A DNA stretch of 63,812 nucleotides, the filler included, from Octopus bimaculoides (taxonomy: Eukaryota): the NCBI RefSeq assembly GCF_001194135.2. It is 8 parts of 8 records of this genome, joined end to end, with 100 filler letters (N's around TTAATTAATTAA, not from the genome) between each part and the next. Parts side by side here need not be neighbours in the genome. Positions count along the whole stretch, not along the records: positions 53,197 to 61,889 come from NW_026307429.1; positions 61,990 to 63,812 come from NW_026397956.1; 6 more parts are not named here. One strand, given 5' to 3'. Positions 53,243 to 63,451 of the stretch are shown in pieces (within the stretch, counting starts at the first letter, position 1; the number at the start of each line of letters is the position of its first letter). The notes beneath the pieces are model-generated. The model was not told where the DNA came from, made no database searches, and was given only the letters and a program-made list of their open reading frames with translations. Position numbers and translations under genes: made by a program.

Positions 53243-53307
53243 TCAACGCACTGCAGGCAGACGATATGTGACAGCGACGACATATTGGATCAAGACGGAC
53301 ATAAGGA
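53243..53307 (-). CDS. Speculative terminal exon with a hydrophobic tail, VLMSVLIQYVVAVTYRLPAVR*
   Basis: Would follow a 72-nt intron (53308-53379) with gtgagt, a CTGAC branch-like motif, a ~30-nt pyrimidine tract and taag; in frame. No homology support. Confidence 0.2.
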
Positions 53308-53379
53308 CTTAATAAACAGAAGACAAAGAAAAGAGAGTGAAGTCAGGGGGAGATAACTGCGCTGTTGAATGTCACTCAC

Positions 53380-53430
53380 CGGAGTCACGTGGCTTCTCTG
53401 TACTTTCCCATGATGCATCGGTGGTCGAGT
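53380..53430 (-). CDS. Linker exon 3 (51 nt, phase 1 to 1)
   Basis: ttttgctgaaag|AC TCG...TCC G|gtgagt; encodes (D)[16 protein letters not shown]; strong donor, weaker acceptor, frame matches. Confidence 0.65.
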
Positions 53431-55599
53431 CTTTCAGCAAAACGTCCAATGGAAGCAAAGAAATACAGGAATAAAAACATCGATCGAAGTTTCACAAAGA
53501 TTAGGAAAGAAATCTCTGCTCCTAGCAATCAATTCTCTCTTTCTTGCTCTCTCTTTCTCCTCTTTCTCTTTGTCTTTTTTATCTCTCTCTCTCTCTCTCT
53601 CTCTTTCGTTCCCTTCTCTCTCTCACAACATATTCTCCTAACGACCCTTCCCTCCATTCGTGCCAACTCACCACAACCCATCTCCCACTCTCCTATTGTT
53701 ATCTCCTGAACCTACCCACCCACTCATCCTTGCTGAGAGGGGTGAGTGGGTGGGAAAGAGGTTTTCGTCTTCTAAGTCATTTGGATTCCTCATTCCAGAG
53801 GGTGCCAACTAAAATGCACCCAGTCCACTCTCTAAAATGGATGTCTTCAGAAATGGCAACCAGTCATAGAATTCATGCCAAAACAGGCAATTGGAGCCTG
53901 ATGCAGTTATCTGACTGGCCAGATCTTGACAAACTGTCCAACCCATGCCATCATAGAAGACTGATGTCTCAAATCCTGATACTTTCTGTCCCTCTTTCCA
54001 TATTCTAATCTCTTCTTATATTGCACAAAGCCATCTTCCTTAATATGACTCCCTTCCTCAGTCGAGTGATCTCGTCTCCTATGTTGCTTGGTGACCCTGC
54101 TTCTGCTGGAGTCACATGCAAAGCACCAAGTACACTCTGTGAAATGGTTGGCATTAGGAAGGGCATCCAGCCATAGAAGCCATACCAGAGCAGACCTCAC
54201 TGGTGCTGGTGCCACATAAAAAGCACCCAGTACACTCTGTAAAGTGGTTGGCATCNNNNNNNNNNNNNNNNNNNNNNNNNNNNNNNNNNNNNNNNNNNNN
54301 NNNNNNNNNNNNNNNNNNNNNNNNNNNNNNNNNNNNNNNNNNNNNNNNNNNNNNNNNNNNNNNNNNNNNNNNNNNNNNNNNNNNNNNNNNNNNNNNNNNN
54401 NNNNNNNNNNNNNNNNNNNNNNNNNNNNNNNNNNNNNNNNNNNNNNNNNNNNNNNNNNNNNNNNNNNNNNNNNNNNNNNNNNNNNNNNNNNNNNNNNNNN
54501 NNNNNNNNNNNNNNNNNNNNNNNNNNNNNNNNNNNNNNNNNNNNNNNNNNNNNNNNNNNNNNNNNNNNNNNNNNNNNNNNNNNNNNNNNNNNNNNNNNNN
54601 NNNNNNNNNNNNNNNNNNNNNNNNNNNNNNNNNNNNNNNNNNNNNNNNNNNNNNNNNNNNNNNNNNNNNNNNNNNNNNNNNNNNNNNNNNNNNNNNNNNN
54701 NNNNNNNNNNNNNNNNNNNNNNNNNNNNGAGCAGACCTCACTGGTGCTGGTGCCACATAAAAAGCACCCAGTACACTCTGTAAAGTGGTTGGCATTAGGA
54801 AGGGCATCCAGCCATAGAAACCATACCAAAGCAGACCTCACTGGTGCTGGTGCCACATAAAAAGCACCCAGTACACTCTGTAAAGTGGTTGGCATCGGGA
54901 AGGGCATCCGGCCATAGAAACTATACCAAAGCAGACCTCACTGGTGCTAGTGCCACATAAAAAGCACCCAATTCACTTTATAAAGTGGTTGGCATTTGGA
55001 AGGGCATCCATAGTTAAAAACTGTACCAAAGCATTCGGATAAAGAAACCAGGCCAAAACAGACAACTGGAACCTGGTGCAACTCTCTGGCTTGTCAGTTC
55101 CTGTCAAACCATCCAACCCATGCCAGCTTGAAAAACAGGCATTAAATGACAATGACAATATATGCATGTAACATACGTCACCAGCGCACAAACCCTAACC
55201 CTCAGCCATCCACTGAGTCGATCGACCCCCTTTATCAATCCTTACCGTCAGTACACATCACACTTGCGTCTTCGTGGTGTCCACAATTGTGCAGGTTCCA
55301 CCCGGGGAACTCACACGCCGAAATGGTCTCTTCTGAGCCGTCGCATCTCACATCATCCAGGAGTATGTCGCCTTCACCTTGACCAAAAGTGGCCGAAAGC
55401 AGAGCTTGACCACCACTGGAAAGATGGGTAAGAGAAAAAGAAACAATGTTGATAAGAATGTAATTTTCTCTTCAGGGAAATGCATTTCTCTTATCAGCAT
55501 CACCTATTCCTATGGAAGGAATAATTTGTAATCATCGAAACATATGCTAGAAATAAAAGAATTCATTTAGCATATGCGTTTTACTCCATTTACTAAATC

Positions 55600-55634
<35 letters not shown>

Positions 55635-57755
55635 GTTTAGATTCAAAAATTGAATATGGTACTTATGTTTAGGCACCAGAATATAGTATGGTATGGTATT
55701 ATATAAAAACCATTCCAAAAACTAGGTGATCAAAAAATCAAAATAAGCAACAAGGATTTTAAAGATGGTTGCAGTACGCACGTTTCATGCTACTCCATTT
55801 ATTTAAGTAATGCTCGCATTACTTAAATAAATGGAGTAACATGAAACGTGCGTACTNNNNNNNNNNNNNNNNNNNNNNNNNNNNNNNNNNNNNNNNNNNN
55901 NNNNNNNNNNNNNNNNNNNNNNNNNNNNNNNNNNNNNNNNNNNNNNNNNNNNNNNNNNNNNNNNNNNNNNNNNNNNNNNNNNNNNNNNNNNNNNNNNNNN
56001 NNNNNNNNNNNNNNNNNNNNNNNNNNNNNNNNNNNNNNNNNNNNNNNNNNNNNNNNNNNNNNNNNNNNNNNNNNNNNNNNNNNNNNNNNNNNNNNNNNNN
56101 NNNNNNNNNNNNNNNNNNNNNNNNNNNNNNNNNNNNNNNNNNNNNNNNNNNNNNNNNNNNNNNNNNNNNNNNNNNNNNNNNNNNNNNNNNNNNNNNNNNN
56201 NNNNNNNNNNNNNNNNNNNNNNNNNNNNNNNNNNNNNNNNNNNNNNNNNNNNNNNNNNNNNNNNNNNNNNNNNNNNNNNNNNNNNNNNNNNNNNNNNNNN
56301 NNNNNNNNNNNNNNNNNNNNNNNNNNNNNNNNNNNNNNNNNNNNNNNNNNNNNNNNNNNNNNNNNNNNNNNNNNNNNNNNNNNNNNNNNNNNNNNNNNNN
56401 NNNNNNNNNNNNNNNNNNNNNNNNNNNNNNNNNNNNNNNNNNNNNNNNNNNNNNNNNNNNNNNNNNNNNNNNNNNNNNNNNNNNNNNNNNNNNNNNNNNN
56501 NNNNNNNNNNNNNNNNNNNNNNNNNNNNNNNNNNNNNNNNNNNNNNNNNNNNNNNNNNNNNNNNNNNNNNNNNNNNNNNNNNNNNNNNNNNNNNNNNNNN
56601 NNNNNNNNNNNNNNNNNNNNNNNNNNNNNNNNNNNNNNNNNNNNNNNNNNNNNNNNNNNNNNNNNNNNNNNNNNNNNNNNNNNNNNNNNNNNNNNNNNNN
56701 NNNNNNNNNNNNNNNNNNNNNNNNNNNNNNNNNNNNNNNNNNNNNNNNNNNNNNNNNNNNNNNNNNNNNNNNNNNNNNNNNNNNNNNNNNNNATATATAT
56801 ATATATATAAAACATACAGAGTGTGCCTTACCTGGTGGTGTAGTAGAGATTATCTCATCTTTCTTTGTGATTATAGGATGTGGAATAGCTAGATTAACAG
56901 AATGATGGGTAAATATTGAACAACTGGGTATATATAGATAATAGAAACAGGCTGGATATATATAAAGTAACTGGGCATATAATAGATACACATAGGCTAT
57001 GTATAAAATAACTCGATATATAAAGGTTACATACAGAATGTATATAAAATAACTTGGTGTATAAATAAATGCCTGCAGGATATATATAAAATTACTAGGT
57101 ATGTTATACACACATGTAGGATATATGTAAAGGAACTGGGTAAGATAATGGTTACATACAGGATACATACATACATACATACATATATATATATATAATA
57201 ATATAAATAATATATAAACATATGCATATATCCATATATATATGTACATACCTACATCTATATGTATACACACATACATATTTGGGTACAAGACATCAAA
57301 AAAAAAACGTTAAACACAATGAGAAACGAAAAGAGAAAATGAACTTTTTTCGCACAACGAAAAAAACAAACAGAGAAGCAAAACATGCAACATAAAAAGT
57401 ATAACCCTTCATCAGTTGTCCCTGTTCCATCTACTGTGCGTTTCGAAGGCGGGTATATGGTAGGTAAATACAGGATATACATAAAATCCATGGGTATAAG
57501 CTTCATCCCAAATTGAAATGAAAGGAAATTTTAATAAACTAACAGTCACCATAAACAGTATAGCAACTAAAGCTGCTAAATATGAGAATAAGAATTCGAG
57601 AATGTAAGGAATAGAAAAGATAAATAAAGACTACATATGTTTCTAAGCTAAACTTTATGTCTTACATAACTCATAACACACTTAGCTAATTCTCAGGTCC
57701 TGTTACCTTCAGGTTGTTGACATTGATACATGAAGATAAGTAAAACACACACACA

Positions 57756-57800
<45 letters not shown>

Positions 57801-58206
57801 TATTAAAATGTACTTCACCATTGGAACATATGACACTGGCATCTTCGTCATGTGTACAGTCGTGTCGACCCCATCCATGATTGCGACAAGTGAACAGTGA
57901 AGATTCGAACCCAAAGCAATTCAAATCATCCAACCAGATTTGACCACTGCCACGTCCAAAGAGAGCTGACTGTCTTGCTTGACCAGTTCTGAACATGAAA
58001 AAGTAATTATATAGTAGGGAGTGAGAAAAAATATGTCATTATACATACATATTTTTATACTGCATTGGGAAGAGAAAGGATTATACATACATACAGATAA
58101 AAAAATATATAAACTCATACAGAAATCATATCCATACACATACATATATCTATATATGTATATTCACATTTATACAAATGAAATCTGTGCACAAACACAA
58201 ACTCCC

Positions 58207-58240
<34 letters not shown>

Positions 58241-58585
58241 TATATATATATATAAGTGTGGTCATTGCCAGTGCCACCTGACTGGCTCCTATGCAGGTGG
58301 CACGTAAAAAGCACCATTTGAGCATAGTTGATGCCAGTACAGCCTGACTGACCCTCATGTCAGTGGCACTTAAAAAGCACCCACTACACTCTGAGAGTGG
58401 TTGGCGTTAGGAAGGGCATCCAGCTGTAGAAACTCTGCCAGATCAGATTGGATCCTGGTGCAGCCTTCTGGCTTGCCAGCCCTCAGTCAAACAGTGCAAC
58501 CCATGCCAGCATGGAAAATGGACGTTAAACGATGATGATGATGATATACATATTTATATATATTTATATGTATGTATACATGTGG

Positions 58586-58617
<32 letters not shown>

Positions 58618-59133
58618 GGATATACAAGTATATCTATCTTGTAGATATACAAGGCAAACAGATGGATAGATATACGCATAGATGGACAGATAGATACATG
58701 CAGATAAGAAATGATGCCTAGATAGATGGATACATAGATCAATGTTTTTGTCACACACACAAACACATAAGCATACTTCAATCTCATCTCTCTTTCTCTC
58801 ACTCACACACACACACACACACCAGCCATCTTTCATTCTCCACCCACAGCCCCTAATACTTACCTGTAGCCCAACATACGACATACGACCTTGGCGTCCC
58901 TCTCGTCGAACTGGTCGTCACACACGGTACCCCAGACGTTGTTGTAGTAGATCTCTAACCTGCCTGCACTCTCGGTACCTCCAACCAGTCGGATGTTACC
59001 TGGGGTACACAGACAAATATTCAGGCAGAAATATAGACAGTGAAATGCTTGCATGTGTGTCTGCATGTACATATATATGCATATATATAGAGAGAGAGGG
59101 TGTCGCAAAAAAATCCACGCAAATGGTCATTCC

Positions 59134-59180
<47 letters not shown>

Positions 59181-59188
59181 TATATATA

Positions 59189-59233
<45 letters not shown>

Positions 59234-59765
59234 GTACCACTTGACTGGCCTTATTTATATGCGTTTTGCTTCATTTATTGTTATTATTCATATATATATA
59301 TATATATATATACATATATATATGTATGTATGTATATATAATAAGCAGAAAAGAGTAGGAATCAAAACTTTATAAACATGAAAACAGACACAGGGCATCA
59401 TCCCCAGATAAGTTAAGAAATAAAAATACCTACTTTCTGGGTGACTGGTGGTGGTTGGTGTTGGAGCGGGACTCCATGTGGTGTTGTACAGGGCTGAAGA
59501 AAAAAAAGAAGAAATATACAATAAGCGTGCTGTATTCTACAACAAGAAAAATAACAGAAACAGCAGAAACTCGTTAAACTAATTGAAATACTTACGTGCC
59601 GAACAGATGACCCCTGCGTCTTCAAAGTGGTCGCAGTTGTGTTGACCAATCTGAGGATATTGACAGTCCTCGATGGTTGATTCACTGCCCATGCAGTTGA
59701 CATCGTCCAGCCAAATGGTGCCGGTCCCAGGACCAAAATTGCCATTAATAGTTGCAACTCCGACA
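53380..59765 (-). CDS. Partial multi-exon gene for a tandem group A SRCR (scavenger receptor cysteine-rich) repeat protein with Ser/Thr/Pro-rich linkers; 5' end not visible
   Basis: Seven exons with canonical AG/GT and a continuous frame: 59596-59765, 59434-59493, 58864-58999, 57819-57988, 56832-56888, (exon missing in gap), 55246-55415, 53380-53430. SRCR motifs RLVGG, GRLEI, WGTVCDD, IWLDD.NC.G.E and H.C.H.EDA.V.C. Confidence 0.92.
54121..55160 (+). repeat. 100-bp-unit tandem array derived from SINE family R, closed by the SINE 3' tail
   Basis: Unit starts AAGCACC at 54121, 54221, 54762, 54862 and 54962; N-gap 54256-54728 lies inside the array. Confidence 0.9.
55246..55415 (-). CDS. SRCR domain c, C-terminal half exon (170 nt, phase 2 to 1); absent from the supplied ORF track
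   Basis: tctttccag|T GGT GGT...ACT GAC G|gtaagg; encodes [56 protein letters not shown]; same length and phases as the other two C-half exons. Confidence 0.93.
55773..55856. repeat. 84-bp near-perfect palindrome ending at a contig edge
   Basis: 41-bp arms (55773-55813, 55816-55856) match 40/41, 2-nt centre. Confidence 0.95.
56832..56888 (-). CDS. Linker exon 2 (57 nt, phase 1 to 1)
   Basis: ttaatctag|CT ATT...CCA G|gtaagg; encodes (A)[18 protein letters not shown](G); phase matches the preceding SRCR exon. Confidence 0.75.
56920..57165. repeat. Degenerate ~42-bp minisatellite, ~6 copies
   Basis: Recurring AGGATATATATAAA.TAACTGGG...TACATAC. Confidence 0.6.
57819..57988 (-). CDS. SRCR domain b, C-terminal half exon (170 nt, phase 2 to 1)
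   Basis: catgttcag|A ACT GGT...TCC AAT G|gtgaag; encodes [56 protein letters not shown]. Confidence 0.95.
58255..58548 (+). mobile_element. SINE family R (RTE-like 3' tail, (GAT)n); further piece at 53810-53970
   Basis: AAAAAGCACCCACTACACTC...GGCGTTAGGAAGGGCATCCAGC...AACCCATGCCAGCATGGAAAATGGACGTTAAACGATGATG. Confidence 0.8.
58864..58999 (-). CDS. SRCR domain b, N-terminal half exon (136 nt, phase 1 to 2)
   Basis: ccccag|GT AAC ATC CGA...TAC AG|gtaagt; encodes (S)[44 protein letters not shown](R). Confidence 0.95.
59434..59493 (-). CDS. Linker exon 1 (60 nt, phase 1 to 1), Thr/Pro-rich
   Basis: tttttcttcag|CC CTG...GAA A|gtaggt; encodes (P)[19 protein letters not shown]; in frame with both neighbours; NTT sequon. 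Confidence 0.8.
59596..59765 (-). CDS. SRCR domain a, C-terminal half exon (170 nt, phase 2 to 1)
   Basis: ttattcag|T GTC GGA...TCG GCA C|gtaagt; encodes [56 protein letters not shown]. Confidence 0.95.
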
Positions 59766-59859
59766 CTGAATAACAACAACAACAACAACAATAATTACAT
59801 CAATTATGCTGGTTATATTAGTTAAAGGTGATAAGTTTTGAAACTGTTATTGTGTGATA

Positions 59860-60045
59860 CAAAATTCTTAGCAGCATTTCGTCTGTCTAAACATCCTGAG
59901 TTCAAATTCCGCTGAAGTTGACTTTACCAGTCGTCCTTTTGGGAGTCAATTGAATAAATACCTGTTTAATATTGGGATTGATGTAATTAGCGAAATCTCT
60001 CACCCAGAATTTCAAATCTTGTGCCTATTGTAGAAAGAAGTATTA
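59860..60045 (+). mobile_element. SINE family M with (ATT)n tail
   Basis: CTGAGTTCAAATTCCGCTGAAG...CTTGTGCCTATTGTAGAAAG then (ATT)n. Confidence 0.75.
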
Positions 60046-60065
60046 TTATTATTATTATTATTATT

Positions 60066-60621
60066 GAGTGAGAGAGCAGTGCATGCCATCAAAGTGACAC
60101 TGGGGTACAAATATACGAAGCCCATTATACCCATCATGACTACCCGTCTGATAAGGGTACACCAGGCACATGCATCACAACCATATGTACGCGACATGGT
60201 GATCTCATATCAAAATTAACAGCGTATGACCTCGCAGGTGGAGCCCAGTTAGAATTTTCTTCAGGTCGAGTAGCCCATCCAGCTCAAAAAGTCCCTGAAT
60301 AAGGTTTGTTTAAGGATGTTGAGCAAAACACCCATGTTTCCAAAGGTGAATTATTCAAACCCCAAAGAATTCCTCTCAACACATGGCTATGATGCTCCCC
60401 CACTACTTCTGCTCATGATCAGAGATGCACATACCGTCAGCCACAAAGGAACATGCTTAACTGGTTAAGGTCAAACAACTGACAAGCAAATCTGTGGTAT
60501 TGAGCAGAATATTTGCTGTGGCCCATCTTTTATACCAAGACAAAACAATATACATGATAGCACCTCCAATCAGTTAAGAAAAGAAGCCATGAGAGCCACT
60601 GCCTGGTACTGCATCAGGGCA
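60066..60621. mobile_element. ~555-bp non-autonomous (TTA)n-associated element, longest copy
   Basis: Homologous to 26933-27380 and 60986-61505; (TTA)n on both sides; no ORF. Confidence 0.85.
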
Positions 60622-60721
60622 TTTATTATTAATATTATTATTATTGCTATTATTATTGCTAAAAGCAACAGTAACATCCACCCTTAGGGGTCAGCCACAT
60701 TTAAGTGGCAAATATACTTCA

Positions 60722-60758
<37 letters not shown>

Positions 60759-60761
60759 AAA

Positions 60762-60940
60762 GCTGTGAGCTGGCAAATATTTCACCCATCACTATGTTCT
60801 GAGTTCAAATTCCACCAAGGTCGACTCCATTGCTCATCCTTTTGGGGTTGATAAATTAAGTACCAGTCAGGCATTGAGGTCGATGTGATTAACTATCCCC
60901 CTCCCCTCAAATTCCAGGCCTTGTGCCTTTTGTAGAAAGG

Positions 60941-60945
<5 letters not shown>
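60762..60945 (+). mobile_element. SINE family M with (ATT)n tail
   Basis: GTTCTGAGTTCAAATTCCACCAAGGTCGAC...CATCCTTTTGGGGTTGATAAATTAAGTACCAG. Confidence 0.8.
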
Positions 60946-60985
<40 letters not shown>

Positions 60986-61505
60986 GCGTGAAAGACACTG
61001 AGGTATAAATATATAAAGCCCGATATATCCATCGTGATTACTTGTCTGATAGGGGTTCACCAGGTACATGCATCACAAACATATGCGCAGTAACATGATG
61101 ACCTCATATGAAGATAAACAGCACATGACCTCGCAGATGGGGCCCAGTAAAAATTTTCTTCAGGTCAAGTAGCCCATCCTGCTCAAAAGGTCTCTGAATA
61201 AGGGTTATTTAATGATGAATGAAACACCTATGTTTCCAAAGGTGAATTATCCAAACCCCAAAGAATCCCTCTCAACACATGGCTATGATGCTCCCCCACT
61301 ACTCCTGCTCATGATCAGAGATGTACATATCGTCAGCCGCTAAGAGACAAGCTCAGCCGGTTAATGCCAAGCAAATCTGTGGTTATTTAGTAGGATGTTT
61401 GTTGTAGTCTATCTTTACAATAAGACAAAACAATGTACTTGATAACACTTACAATCAGTTAAGATCAGAAGCCATGTGAGTCACTGTCTGATACTGCATC
61501 AGAGC
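60986..61505. mobile_element. Non-autonomous (TTA)n-associated element, more diverged copy
   Basis: Homologous to 60066-60621, slightly left-truncated. Confidence 0.85.
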
Positions 61506-61532
61506 TTTATTGTTACTATCATTATTATTATT

Positions 61533-61889
61533 TTATGTGTGACTTTTGCTTTGCATTTGTACAAGTTGGCTCCAAGTCTCACCCAGAGACCTCAAGAGAC
61601 AACAAGTTAGAAGTTCATGTAGGTGTTATGCCTAGGGTACCATATATTTGGATTTGTACATAGTGTTGTTCTAGAGAATGTTTAAGAAACCATAAGACAA
61701 TTATGTGTTTGCTTTAAAATTTGAGATCACATAGACAGTATTTTACGTAGGATATGGGCAGTTCCCATGAGCACTATCTTTTGAACTTCAGCCATTTTGG
61801 GGTTTCCTGGTATCTGAGCTAGGTAGTAATCAGCCCATTTCGCTGTCATTCTCAGGGCACCTATGACAATAGGTATTGTTTTCGTCTTC
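61533..61889 (-). mobile_element. R4/Dong 3' end (same subfamily as 27634-29076), runs into scaffold join
   Basis: KTKTIPIVIGALRMTAKWADYYLAQIPGNPKMAEVQKIVLMGTAHILRK; 3' UTR shared with the 27634 copy. Confidence 0.88.
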
Positions 61890-61933
61890 NNNNNNNNNNN
61901 NNNNNNNNNNNNNNNNNNNNNNNNNNNNNNNNN

Positions 61934-61945
61934 TTAATTAATTAA
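61934..61945. other. Artificial six-frame-stop scaffold linker
   Basis: 44N-TTAATTAATTAA-44N. Confidence 0.95.
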
Positions 61946-61989
61946 NNNNNNNNNNNNNNNNNNNNNNNNNNNNNNNNNNNNNNNNNNNN

Positions 61990-62145
61990 CGACGGGCTTC
62001 TTTCAGTTTCCGTCTACCAAATCCGCTCACAAGACTTTGATCGGCACGAGGCTATGGTAGAAGACACCTGCCCAAGGTACCACGCAGGCAGTGAGGTTGA
62101 ACCCCGAACCATGTGGTTCGGAGGCAAGCTTTTTACCTGCGCCTA
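61990..62145 (-). mobile_element. SINE family A, 5' half
   Basis: GACGGGCTTCTTTCAGTTTCCGTCTACCAAATCC...CCTGCGCCTATA. Confidence 0.85.
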
Positions 62146-62501
62146 TATATATATACATATATTTTATAAACACACACATAAAGCAGTACACATACGCGCA
62201 CTTACATTAACGAAATTACATATATATATAATCCTTTTGGTCGGGTTCGGAAATAACATTTTACATACACTCGCGCGTGCGCCTTGACATTCTCATGCAT
62301 TTACCGGCAAACGCAAACGCGGAAACCAGCATACATCCCAATATACGTGACAAAACTCTATCCATTGTTTTTACAAACATGTATCGGGTACTCGTGTGTT
62401 CGTGTGCGTGTGGGGATGCTTGCGTGCGCGCATGTGTGTGTATATCTCTGTGTGTGCATGTGTGTGTGTGTGTGCGTTTGTGTGTGTGTGAGAGAGAGAG
62501 T

Positions 62502-62551
<50 letters not shown>

Positions 62552-62557
62552 AAGAGG

Positions 62558-62651
<94 letters not shown>

Positions 62652-63420
62652 TCTTACTGCTGGACAGAAGCATCAACCGGTAGTAACCACGCGAAAGTAT
62701 TGTGAATGTATAAATTGATAGATAGATTTATCGATTGATCGATTGATCGATTGATTGGTAGAGCGTTTGTATTAGAGTTTAAACTAACACACTACATACC
62801 TTTCTCTCACTCTATTCATCCGTCTATCTATCTCTGCATTTATCTATCTTTCTATTTATCTATTTATTTATCCTTCTCCCACTTAATCTTTTACTCACTC
62901 TATCCCTCTATCACTCACTCTCTCTCTCTCTCGCTCTATCTATCTCTGTTGATCTCTTTTCGTCATCCCACTCATTTTCAGCTTATCACCACTCTATCTA
63001 TTTCAGCGTTATTTCACCTTTTATTCCAACAGAATTTTCACAGCTGCCTCCTCTTGTTTACTCACTCTCTCTCTCTTTCTCTCTCTCTCTCACTCACATA
63101 CACACACACATTTTCCCGATCTAAATATCACTAGGTAAATAATACATTTCTATCTAATATGGGCTCTTCTTTTTCTTTCGATTTGTCTTTCGCAGTCTCT
63201 AACTTTTTTTCTATTTATATCTTTTCCTAAATCCACCCTCCTGTTCATCTTCCGATATTTCTCGTACTGTGTATCGCACCCTCACTCTCCTCCGTTTTTA
63301 ACTTAATTTTTCTTAACCATTCTTTCTAAATCTATCCATCCGTAATCCTTATATATATATCAATTCTTATCTATCTCTCTATCCTGCAGTCTGTCTAACT
63401 ATCAATCAGTTTATCCGTCA

Positions 63421-63451
<31 letters not shown>

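Noticed and set aside
54121-55000. Regular 100-bp repeats as a CRISPR array, or their ORFs as coding
   Set aside because: No unique spacers, SINE-derived, eukaryotic context, and the unit is not a multiple of 3.
57405-57435. Possible extra SRCR linker exon [10 protein letters not shown]
   Set aside because: Part of the repeat also found at 48303-48485; no good phase-1 donor.
53380-59765. Gene symbol DMBT1, LOXL or PRSS12
   Set aside because: No CUB, ZP, lysyl-oxidase, kringle or protease exon is visible; orthology cannot be assigned.
60066-60621. snRNA origin of the TTA-associated element (short U2- and U12-like matches CCTGGTA.TGCA and TTTTGAGCGGG) or an HDV-like ribozyme around ACCTCGCAGGT
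   Set aside because: Matches are only about 11 nt, and I could not build the HDV double pseudoknot.
256-63134. Long ORFs in the track rich in YI, CV, HT, RE, LS or X
   Set aside because: Translations of dinucleotide or tetranucleotide microsatellites, pyrimidine tracts or N-runs; no domains.
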